A DNA stretch of 64,000 nt, taken from positions 81,780,001-81,844,000 of the forward strand of contig NC_087436.1 of assembly GCF_036321535.1 (NCBI RefSeq), given 5' to 3'. The notes beneath the pieces are model-generated. The model had not been told where the DNA came from. It was given only the letters and a program-made list of their open reading frames with translations, and made no database searches. This DNA comes from Camelus dromedarius (Eukaryota). A program made the translations under genes and the position numbers. Positions 26,890 through 37,599 of this stretch are shown one piece after another (position 1 is the stretch's first letter; the number at the start of each line of letters is the position of its first letter).

Positions 26890-27780
26890 AGTTCCTAACT
26901 TTTGCCTAATTTTCTATCAGGTTGTTATTGCCTTTATAATTAGGCTTTTTGATATTCTTTATTCTGTAAACCAATCCTTTCTAGGTTATACATGTAGAAA
27001 ATGTCTTCTCCTCACTTATGGCTTATTTGGTCACTGTCTTTTAATAAATAGCCGTTATTAATTTTAATATAGTTGAATTTATCCATTTTTTTCTTTATGG
27101 TTTGTACTTTGTGAGTCTTGTTTTAAATTTTTTCCAACCCCACATTTATAAAGATAGCCTCCCATATTGCCTTCTAAAAGTCTAAAAGTTTTGGGAAAGG
27201 TATAGCTCAGCAGTAGAGCGCACACTTAGCATGCAGGAGGTCCCGGGTTCAATCCCCAGAGCCTCCATTATAAATAAATAAACAAACAAATTTAATTATC
27301 TTCCCCCCCGCAAAGAAATTTAAAATATGTTAAAAGTCTAAAAGTTTTACCTTCCACAGTTTGGTCTTTAGTCCACACTGAATCTTTGTTCATGTATGGA
27401 GGGATATAAAGAGACAATTCCTTTATTTGCATGTAGCTAACGAATTATCTCAGCAACATTTACTACTCTAAAGAACAGTCACTCCTTTTCTCTCCTGAGT
27501 ATCGTCTCAACACCAGTACCACACTGTCTTAACTACTATAAATTTATAACAAATATTTCATACCTGATAAGGCAAATATCCCTGTTTTACTTTTTCTTTA
27601 AGTATATTTTGGATGATCTTAGACCTTTTCTGTCCTATATAAATTTTAGAATAAAGTTGCAATCTTTTACATACAACCTTTTTAGATTTTGATTGGAATT
27701 GCGTTGCTTCCATTAACCCAGTTGGCAGTAAAGGTGTCTTTACTGTATTCACTGTTTCTGTCCGTGAACACGGTATGTCA
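26890..27780 (-). mobile_element. Old L1 ORF2 fragment
   Basis: 'ccagtaccacactgtcttaactactata...tataaattttagaataaagttg...gattttgattggaattgc...ccgtgaacacggtatgtc' is antisense L1 ORF2. Interrupted by a SINE. Confidence 0.75.
27193..27330 (+). mobile_element. Vic-1-type tRNA-Ala SINE with perfect 18-bp TSD
   Basis: GGGAAAGGTATAGCTCAGCAGTAGAGCGCACACTTAGCATGCAGGAGGTCCCGGGTTCAATCCCCAGAGCCTCCA plus tail. TAAAAGTCTAAAAGTTTT at 27175-27192 and 27331-27348. Confidence 0.92.
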
Positions 27781-30019
27781 TAAAAATGTTAAACTTTTGT
27801 ATGCATAAAAATAACAATGAAAAGCCCCCAAAATGGGGTACCTATTTCCAGCAAATATGATCATTCAAAAGCTTATATATCTAACATTTTTAAATCTCAT
27901 ACTAAAATACCATGGAATAATGAGAAAGAACTTGACCAGATAACTAATAAGAAAGAAAGAAACAAACAAAAATTAGAAACAAGTATACAGAAAAATGCCT
28001 GGCCTAATAATTAGAACAGAAATGAAAATGTAAATGCCCACAAGATATTATTTTCACCTATCAAATTAAAAATCATTTTTAATGCTATCATAGTCACATC
28101 ACCTAGAGTCTAAGTGGAAATCAGCCCCAATTAGGGTCAAGGTCATAGGGTGGGCTTCCTAAAAAACTATTTGTATTCAAACTGAAGAGCTTCTTGGAAA
28201 AGAACACATTGGAAGGAAGAAATTTGGAATAATGAATTTAGGCCAATAAAACAGCAATTCTTGCTGGTACAATCTGGTCTGTCTTTCAAATTTGTCTTCT
28301 AGCCCAGTTCCTCCATTGAACTCCTACAGAGGAAGGGAGAGAGGTCATACAGGGGGAAAAAAAAAACCTGAAAGAGTAATTTCATCATTTTTGAAGCACT
28401 GGAACATACCAGCACAGCTTGGGGTCTGCTGGAGTGACAAGCTGGGAGAGAAGGCATCCTCCAGCAATTTACTAAACCATTCTGAAGCTCCAAACCTCAG
28501 TTACTGAGCTGAGGAAAAAAGGTGAGCACAAGACTGAAGACTTCGGCACTTTTAGAAAAATTTGATCACAGGGCTTAGGGAGAATTTCCAAAAGCACCAG
28601 AGGTCCCACATCAGCTAACAAGGGCAAAAAGAAAAAAGAAAAGAGAAGAAGGAAGGAAGGAAGGATAAAAGCAATATTGAAGTTATTAGTTTTTAACATG
28701 GCCCCCTTCTGTTATATAAATTAGTAAGGACTAGGAGGAACTAAGGTTAAATCATTATTTAATGTCAGCAAATATGCAGTAAGTCACACACCCTCATGTA
28801 CTGCTGATGGGTACAGAAATAAATACATCAAGATTATTTTTAAATTTTGACCCCCCAAAATTTCCCACTAAAAATCTTGTCCAATAAAATAAAAGACATA
28901 TATAAATGTTTGTCCAAGGACATTTGTTACAGTATTGATTATAATAATAAAATCCCCAAATGATCTAAATATTGAATCATAGAAGTTAAATGAGTTATGA
29001 GATAACTAAACAAGTATGTAGATGATTAAATATTATGCAGCCTTGTATTGGAAAATTCTCTTCGTGGTGGAAAACACAGGGTATCAAATTGAATGAAGAA
29101 AGATAAACTAGTTGAAAGTTTTAAATTGAGGGTTCTTTTTTTTTTTCGCCAAATTATTTATTTTGCCCTGTAGCTCTTGACCTACTGGATCAATCAGAGG
29201 CATTGCCTTAGAACAGAAATCCACTGGCCTTATAGATACTTGTGCTCCAAATAGGTTTTCGGATCTGAGAAAAGAAGGTACTTTTGTTCCACTTTCCTCC
29301 TCCATGAAATCAGGGAGGAACCACTTTCAGAATACCCACTGACAACAGAGGGAGGCTGCAGATGGGTATGAATGGCAGCAGGTCAGGACGAGAGACAGAG
29401 GGGGCCTGACAGAACCACTGACCCCTACAATCCTATGGTTCCTAGAGAGGTAAATGGAAGGGAGCTGGGAATAATGAGACAGCCAGCTGGCAGATGGGTG
29501 AGGGTAAGGGATGACCACAGCAGAGGATGGCGAGGTCCCATACTAGAACCGGGGCAGTTGGCTCTCAGCAGCAGCAGGGGATGATGCCAAAACTCCTGGT
29601 AGAAATCACGCTGTACTGCACCACCAGTACCCAGAACATAAAGGATGTGCTACATCATCAGCAGATCAGTGGGGCCAGGGGCCCACAGGCAAAATTTATG
29701 CAAGGCAAGACACAGCCAGAAAGGACTGGAGGGTAACACAGGGACCAGATATCCATCCCCTGCCAGCAGGATAATGGCATGAGCTACCTCTGTTCCCAGT
29801 GGCCATTGCAGGGATGGAGGAAGTTGGGATGGAAAAGAAAAGTTCTGAGAAGGAGACTGAGCTCTGAATGTCGTAACAATCCGGAAGAGAGAATTACACT
29901 GAACTGGAAACAAACAAACTGACTTCAGTGACGAAGAAATTTAAAGTTATTTATCCAAGATGTTACTGCAAATTTCAAAACTAAGACATCTATATTCAAT
30001 GCTATTTTGGCCTATCCGG

Positions 30020-30184
30020 TATTTATTCTCTTCTGATAAAAACAGCTGAGTTTCCTGGATACTACTTTTCCAAGGCCTGAGTGTTTCTTTGATTTTGTAG
30101 CCTGCCAAGAAATTCCTTTCCTTCCTTAAATTTGAAACTAGGTCAGTTTCTGTTATTTGCAACTAAAGGATACAAGCCGATACA
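30020..30184 (+). mobile_element. MaLR (MLT1-type) LTR 3' fragment
   Basis: 'aaattcctttccttccttaa...gtcagtttctgttatttgcaactaaagga...gataca' is an MLT1-style LTR end. Confidence 0.55.
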
Positions 30185-30529
30185 AAATATACAACCTCAA
30201 TTTGTATATACACAATTTTTAAATACACACACACACACACACACAACTACGTGTGAAAAGATTAGAAAGAAATCAAGGAAATGTTAATAGTGATCCTCTC
30301 TGGGTAACAGAATTACAAAGTATGATTTTCTTCTCCCTTGTTTCTAAATTTTCTATCCTCCACAATGAGTACACATTATATTTTATTCAGAATATGGAGA
30401 GATAGAAGCAATAATATCCATAACGCCCAGGAAAGTAACATTAGGAAGCCCAATTTATTAAAAAGACGTGTCAGAGGTCTTTGTCTCTTGACATCCTGGA
30501 CCAGCCAGCAGCTACAAACATAAGAACTG

Positions 30530-30690
30530 TAGGGCAGTGCTGGACAGAAAGCCTAGGGATACAAGTTTCAGCTCTGGCTCTGTCACTAACAAGCTGTGGA
30601 CCTTCAGTAAGTCTTTCGACCTTCCTGAGCCTCAAGTATCTTCATCTGTAAAATGAAGAGTTAAACTCCCTGAAAGATCACAGAGGTCAC
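30530..30690 (+). mobile_element. MIR SINE
   Basis: 'ctggctctgtcactaacaagctgtggacctt..gtaagtc...ctgagcctca...tcatctgtaaaatg' is the MIR core. Confidence 0.8.
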
Positions 30691-32693
30691 TGATCTGTCA
30701 ACCAGATTCTAGCTCAGGTTCCATCTCCCAACATCAGGTACCAACAGGTATACATGTGACAGGACAAAATGTCCCTGCTATGCCAGCCAAAGTTTTAACT
30801 TCCAAATACTTTCAAGAGAACTCTACCTACAACACTTGTTTTGCTTCTGAGACCAAAAGCTAGCAGTATCACTTTCATGCCTTCTATCTTGTCTTCATGC
30901 TATCTGTCACAGGGAAACTTTACAGCCTAGCATCGCCTGTCACCAGAATGAGAGTACAGCTAGTGCTGGGCCCTGACATCAGCCCAGCTCAGCCTAGGAC
31001 CCAGGTACACCACAACAGATGGTGCCACAGCTCTTCCTGATGAGCACGCAGCGCCTCATCCAGTCAGTTATCAGAGGCACAGACAGTGGGAGGGGCTTCT
31101 GGAGGGATCTAGGGAAAGGCAGATTTGCTACTGTTGCTTCCATCCCAGGAATCACAAAGCAAAGGCAGCTCACTAGGATGTGATGCAATATTTCACACCA
31201 CATCCTTGGTTAGTGGGGGTCTGTCCAAGCAGGGGACCTAGGATGAAGCCCAGATGAAGCAGATGCACAGAGAAGGGTGCAGCACATACAGAGCTGCAGG
31301 AATAACAGAGGCCAACCTAGTAACTTCTACTTCTGCTCTAAACTAACCATGGCTTCATTAAACTCATTTCTCAGCTGTTTGTTTTTTTTTCTTCCATTCT
31401 TATATCCATGTCCTGCAACTTCCTTTGGGAATTTGCCTCCTCTCTTTACACGTCTAAAAATTCTCTGGTGCGCTGAGAACAAACTCCCCATGCTCTGGAG
31501 TGATGCATGACCTGAGACTCTCCATTATGTCTCAGGAGATACCAAACTCTCAGGGCTCTAAGGAAAACAGAAGCCTTAAAACCCTTTAATTCTGTACTGT
31601 CCTTTTTTCTGTTCATCTTAATTTCTAACCTAAGAGAAGAAAACATAATGGAAATGGACTGGGTAATCTTTTCTAAGAAAAACTTGAATGTTTTAAACAC
31701 TAAAAAGAGAAGAAGTAAAATCTGAATGCAGAAAAAATGCAATTAAATACTTGCAACCTTGGCAAGGACATTAAGGGGAGGGAAAAGGGAATTAGACTGC
31801 GTGGGAGTCAGGCTCAGTCCAAAGAAAACAGGCCCAGGAACGTTTCAAGATGGGATCTAAAGGGATGGAGTGAGTCACTTCATCTAAGTGAAGAAGGGGA
31901 AGAACAGAAAACACCAGAAGACACAGTCATTCCAGTGAAAGAAACTCTATAATGAGCAGTGAGGAGGTTTAAAGGGTAGAAACGTTATTTAAACTAAGAC
32001 TGAAGAAAAGCAAAGAGGGAGAAATAGTGATTAGTCTCTTTGCCAAATTCAGTGCTGCTGATGGGGAGGGAAAAGAATGGGAAATGTGGGAGGAACTGAG
32101 GAATTTCAATAAGAAGGTTATCTCCCCCAAAGAAGGCCTGCAGAGGGGTTTTTTCCACAAGAGATTAAGTTATTCTTAAATAACCCAAGAGGTCATGCAT
32201 GGCCTTTCTGGTGCTTACTAGTATAACTACTGAGCAGAAAAAAAATTTTTCTAATATGAAGTAGGGGAGCAGGAGGTAACATAGAAAGGATATAGATCCT
32301 GCAAATTAAAAATAAGACAGCACTTTAATGGTTTATGGATTAAAAATAAAATTTTTTTGAGAAAAACTCCTGACTCTGTAGGCAAGGCTGACATTACAGA
32401 CTGCATTGTAGGTAACTGCCTACCAACTATTCTTACTGAAAATGCAGCAAGATAGGAAGCCACAAATATCTTCTAAATAGTCCTTTATCTCTCTTTCTCT
32501 TTCTCAAGTAGCTTCAAGTCACAAATGTAGTTTTCATTCAGTGAATCAAAGTATCACTTACTTACGTTCTCCATTTTCAAATCTAGTGAGCAATGCAAGC
32601 TAATTTAATAAACAAAGAAAATATAAATAAAATAAAATGTAATCATTTTGAGAGAAGTATAGTTCCTTGATTATAAAAAGAACATTTCTATTT

Positions 32694-33555
32694 TGTTGCC
32701 AGTGGGGATTTCTGGTAGTGGGTCTATCTGATAAGCTTCAGAAACAATAGTTCTATTGAATTGCTAGAAAGGAAGTTGTTATGACCAGATTGCTTCCTGT
32801 GGTGAACAAAGGGCTTTTGCTGACAGCAACTTCATGGTTACAGAGACAAGTCTGCAAATTTTGTCCTTCAGAACTGTAAGTTGTTGTTGTTGTTTTATTT
32901 TCACTATTTCAAGAGGTAACAGAACCGTTAGCTTTCTAAGTTACAAATGTTACAAAGCCCATGTGTGTATCATCCTAAGGCTAAGAATACAGGGCAAAGC
33001 CCACACAGCCAAGGATACAGGGTTTTGAAATGAGTGCAAGGATTTGTTCACCTGAAGACTTTTTAAGGAGGGGAATCGATGATTTAGGTTAAAAGGCTGA
33101 GTCTTGGGAATGAAAAAAAAAAGGGTATTTTTCCCTCATGTCCTTCATTTCTCTCCCCTTGTCCTTAGTGTAGAGGGCATCATTGGTAAGTTAGAATAAA
33201 AGGGGGCACTTTTGTGAGGATCAGGGGAGTCCAGAAGCAGGTTGCTTTCCCCCGGAGTACTCTCCACAGCAGACGCCTTTCCCATAGTGGTTAAGGCTAT
33301 GATGAACAGATGTCAGAAGAATTATTAAAATATCATCGGAGGTTTGCTTTCCAATGGCATAGCCTAGGTCTGTGTGGTAATGGAAGAGCAAGCAAGTGTG
33401 TCTTGATAGGTGTGTCTCTAAGTGAAAAATATATATGCTTGTTGCATTTTCCATGGTGGGACATCAGGGGGAAGACCTGAGGGAAGTCCAGGAAGGAACA
33501 TAAAGGCCCTGATGGACAGGAGGGAGAAAAGAGGTGTTAATGGGAGGAAGTTACA
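32694..33555 (+). mobile_element. Ancient ERVL-type solo LTR (LTR82-like, tentative)
   Basis: A block of about 860 bp bounded by TGTTGCC...GTTACA, with an internal AATAAA near 33196. The family name and orientation are from recall only. Confidence 0.4.
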
Positions 33556-33740
33556 CAGTTTAACACTTTGAACATCTGTTTCGCTTCAACTCTGACTAAA
33601 GACCTTTTGCCTTAATGCCTAAATACATTCAAATAAAATACACACCAACTTTAGATTTTTTTAAATTACTCATACACTAGATATACATTAGAGAGTGTCT
33701 ATACCATTCTTCCTTCAAAAATAAAAGCAAACCACTGCCA

Positions 33741-33910
33741 CAGAACTAACTACATAATGTGCAAGGTCCAGTGCAAAGTGAAAATTCAGGGCTCAAAACT
33801 TTCTAAGAATTTCAAGAGGGCAACAGCAGAGCATTGACCCAGGCAGGAGGCCCTTCTGAGTGCCTGTCCTGTGTGACTGCCCACGACATTCACCCATAAA
33901 GCCAGCCTTG
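33741..33910 (-). mobile_element. MER45A hAT-Tip100 element
   Basis: 'ctacataatgtgcaaggtccagtgcaaagtgaaaatt...aagaatttcaagagggcaacagcagagcatt...ggcccttctgag...cccataaagccagccttg' matches the reverse complement of MER45A. Confidence 0.8.
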
Positions 33911-34639
33911 CCCCACAGTTAAGATCAGATTTGGTTGGGTTCAATAAAGCATTTTGGGGAAAGAAAACAAAAGGTTCCCAGACATAAATTCCCACTGTAC
34001 AAATTCAAGAGGGAGAGCTTGATTACTGACATCAGACCAGTTACCCTCTGCTTTTCTCTGAGCTGTAGTAGGTGTAGCTGCCCTCAGTTCTACTTCCAAT
34101 CCTAATAATTTTACTATTCCACCAGACTACAACCTGCTCACTGCAAACAATGAGAGCTCAGAAGGACATCATATAGAGCTCTCAGGTATGGAAAAGGCTG
34201 AAAACGTGTTCTGCATTGTTTTAGTTCCTTTTAAATACCTTTATTCTCTTATAACACTGTGAGGCCCAAATAAATCTATGCTTTCTCTGTTATGGATTAG
34301 TGGTTTCAGTTTTGGAGCAAAGTGGAAATACTACTGGTAATTCACTGTTTATTTCACATAATGTTATACTGCCAGTATAAATGCTAGTGTTGTATTTTAA
34401 AATTTAAAAATTAGTGAAACTAAATATTTAATTCATCTAAAGTATAAAAGTTTATGAACATATTATAAAACATGAAATAAAATCAAAATTTATAAAAATA
34501 TAAATGTTAACCATTCATTATCATTGTGATAAAAAAAATTTCCGTAGATAAAATTATTCAAAATACTTTAAAATGTATTAAATACTATGTTCAAATTAAG
34601 ATAATTGAATTCATCATGAAAAGTCGGAAATGAAGCACA

Positions 34640-34860
34640 CACTTTTAATAAAATGCAGTATAAAAATAAAAGCTTCAATTACATCTGATTAATCCTTGAG
34701 CAGAATTTTCTACCATTTTTTTTCCAGCTACTGCAAAAGTGTTCTGACTCTATATTAGTTGGAAGAATGGTGAGGAACAATTACATGTGTGAACTACAAA
34801 TAATTTTCTCTGGCCCATCAGTTTCAATTAATTTTATTTATTATTGAATAACTTTGAGAT
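34640..34860 (-). mobile_element. Decayed hAT transposase C-terminal dimerisation-domain fossil
   Basis: Joining minus-strand frames across three frameshifts gives LTILPTNIESE/TFAVAGK/NGRKFCSRIN/SDVIEAFIFILHF. This resembles the hATC motif LxIPxTSxxSERxFSxAG...RSRL...IEAL. Confidence 0.5.
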
Positions 34861-35968
34861 AAACTTTGGGAGCAACTTTTATGGGATTACAATGTTTTCA
34901 TTGATAATGATTGTTTTGTTTTACTGATATTTTTAAAGGAAGTATTTTAAGTTCATTTTCATTTCTTTAATTTTATTATGTATAAGTGAAGACTCCCAGA
35001 GTTAACTATATCACTTTTAAAACTATTATTATTTCTGTGTACAAAAAAAATATTTGCACTGGAGTGAAAATTAATTTTTCAGTAGAAGTTTCCAATATTG
35101 CAGTATGGCTGCTTATTGAGACTCCCATAAACATAAACCTGTTTGGAGTAAAGTTATCTTTCTGTATAAATTAAGTTTTGGGGTAATTGTTTTTGATCTT
35201 CAATCACAAATGATTCAGATATCACATTTTTTAAAACAATAAAATAGTGGTATTACATGAGCAAAAATATCAATATGCAGGGGGTTACATAGAAAAACAG
35301 TTATCAAACATCACCTTAACCATCATTGTTATGGTTCATTTGCTTTTGTAATCCAATTCCTCACACATATACAGAAGTCAATTTCTCTTTGAGAATTTCA
35401 AGGACATCCTTGAGAAAAGTGGAAATATGATGTGGTATCAAAAACCTGAGGTTAGAATTATCGTAATGAAATTTCAGATCAGTGAACAATTAATAAATAT
35501 TTCCATTTTAAGACAGGCACAGTATGACAAATAGCATAACATAAACAACTCCCCATCATCAACTCATTTTTCATTCTTTGACTACAGCCAGCTTGGGCTA
35601 TGAGGTAACCTTGGGAATGGAGGTTCATCCACAATAGACCAAGATAGAAGGACACAGGATCCCAGTCATGTACTTCAAGACATTCACAAGAAAGAAAAAA
35701 CTTTTTTAGGCCATTATTATTTGAAATTTTTTGCCACTCAGACTCAAACTAATACTAACTAATATAAAATTCTGCATACAAAAGTGAGCTGCTTCAAACA
35801 TAGAACCTGATATACATGGTACTTGTTCACTGAAAGTAGCTGGAATACTTTCCCATGGGCTGGAAAGGTAGCAACCCTTCCCATGTCTTAGCAAAATACT
35901 TGATAAAACTGTTACCTATGATAACTTGGAAGACAGACCACTTGCTAACTAAGAATGTAGTACTTGGG

Positions 35969-36419
35969 TGGCTCTCACTCTGTCATTCTATCTTCACCTT
36001 CTGAGATGGCCCGCACTCCGTCTATGGACTGTGTATCTCCTTTTACTTTAAACTAAACACCCCAGACCTCTTGGATTCTCTCCTTCTCACCTTTCTGAAA
36101 TGGCCCACATTCTACCTAAGGAGTATGTTATCTCCTAAGCCATTTTCCCTTCTGAGAGAGAGAGAGAGCACACTCTGTCCATGGAGTGTGTATATCTCTA
36201 AATAAACTTGCTTTCACTCTACTATGCCTTGCTCTTGAATTCTTTCCTATGTGTGGCAAGAACCTATTCGCCCACATCATCTTTGGCCAGCCAGCCAGGA
36301 GGATTCGGTAAATCTCAGCCTCTTAACTCCCTTGAGCTTGAGAGGCCTGTCTCTGTCTCTCTGTCTCTCTCCTGTGCACACTTCTCCTCTCTGCACCTCT
36401 AGCTCTTTCTTATTTTCAC

Positions 36420-36450
<31 letters not shown>
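35969..36450 (+). mobile_element. L1-mobilised retrocopy of an ERV1 LTR(R-U5)-PBS-leader transcript
   Basis: Perfect TSD AAGAATGTAGTACTTGGG (35951-35968 and 36451-36468). A30 tail at 36421-36450. LTR-type 'aataaacttgctttcact...ctcttgaattctttcct' with AATAAA at 36201. LTR-terminal CA at 36279. PBS at 36284-36301. Confidence 0.8.
36284..36301 (+). promoter_or_regulatory. Retroviral primer-binding site for tRNA-Arg
   Basis: TGGCCAGCCAGCCAGGAG matches 17/18 to TGGCGAGCCAGCCAGGAG, the complement of the tRNA-Arg(ACG) 3' end. It lies 4 nt after the LTR-terminal CA. Confidence 0.8.
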
Positions 36451-36454
<4 letters not shown>

Positions 36455-37599
36455 ATGTAGTACTTGGGAAATGATTAGAAAAAAGAAATCAGAATACTTG
36501 TTGGCTGTGTCAAATTCTTACAAGGTTGAGCTACAGCTAGCCAGACTTCAAGCAAAGGTGGGAAGAACTTCAGCTCTGCTGAGAGACCTATTCTGCCGAT
36601 AGCCTGCAATCAAAGGACACTGAAAATCTGATCAATTAGAATCTCTCGATTTTAAAAGCCGAGCATTCTCTCTCCCAACTGAAACAGTTTTAAGCAGTGT
36701 CTTAGAAACTCCAGTCTTAACAGTACATATGCCCTATCTTACCAAAGCTGTTTAAAAAGACAGATTTGAGATTTTGCCTTTTAATAATCAGCCCATTGCT
36801 TTAGTTGACTTCATAGCCATCATTAAGTTGATGGGAATGAGGAGAACTCAAAGGCTACCAATAGAGACCAGAGTTTTCATGAAAAAAAAATGACAAGTAT
36901 TTTGGCTGTGGTTACTTACATATGAAACTGACCAGTGCAAACAGACTGGAAGTCAAGTAAATTTGGGAGGAATTTTGTTGCCAAAGAATTCTCACAAGTC
37001 TAGCCTGCAAAAAGCTGTGATTGTTCAACACCTATAACACACTGGACATCTAAATCTGAATCAGCAGAAAGTAATAGATATAGTGCAGTATCCTCTCCAA
37101 TGCCTACCTCATTGTGGAGATGTAAAGATAACGAACAAGGAAGAATCCCCTAGAGGGTAGTGACAGGGCTACATAGGTTGATGGGCAAAGGACTTTCTCC
37201 AGGGGAGCAGAACCAGAGCTTCTAAAGGGGGTGGGGAGAGGAAGGGATAACCCAGAACTTACTCTCCTCCCAGAGAAGACAATCTTTCCCATTTCTGTAT
37301 ATTAGGATTTGGGTTTCACCCATTCTCCCCTTTCCCAAATGGGTGTGTCTTTTTTAGCTACCCTGCTCCTATACCACCATAGTATAGGAAAAGGGAAGCA
37401 AATAACTTATCCTTTAGTTTATGGTCACTGAAACAAGAGGAGCCAAATTGGGACCGGGTAGGAAATACCGTACATCATTCAGATCCTAGATTTTGAGGCT
37501 TTGATATGACTGACTTTGGAATTGTCTCTCTTAGAAAGACAGCAACAAATGCATTATTTATGTAGGAAGAAGGGTGTACAGAGCCAACACTGGAAAAGA

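Larger units (their letters stand above)
35895..37599 (+). mobile_element. MaLR (MLT1) internal region, interrupted by the insert at 35969-36450
   Basis: 'ttgataaaactgttacctatgataacttggaagacagacca...' and 'aaataacttatcctttagtttatggtc...gatcctagattttgag' resemble MLT1-int. Directly followed by an MLT1 LTR. Confidence 0.6.

Noticed and set aside
27193..27267. tRNA-Ala(AGC)-like sequence ending in CCA
   Set aside because: It has a 5' extension, stem mismatches, an A-rich tail and an 18-bp TSD, so it is a SINE rather than a tRNA gene. The same applies to the other three copies.
31176..31207. AGGATGTG/CACATCCT inverted repeat (possible miRNA hairpin)
   Set aside because: The stem is too short for a pre-miRNA and matches no mature miRNA I recognise.
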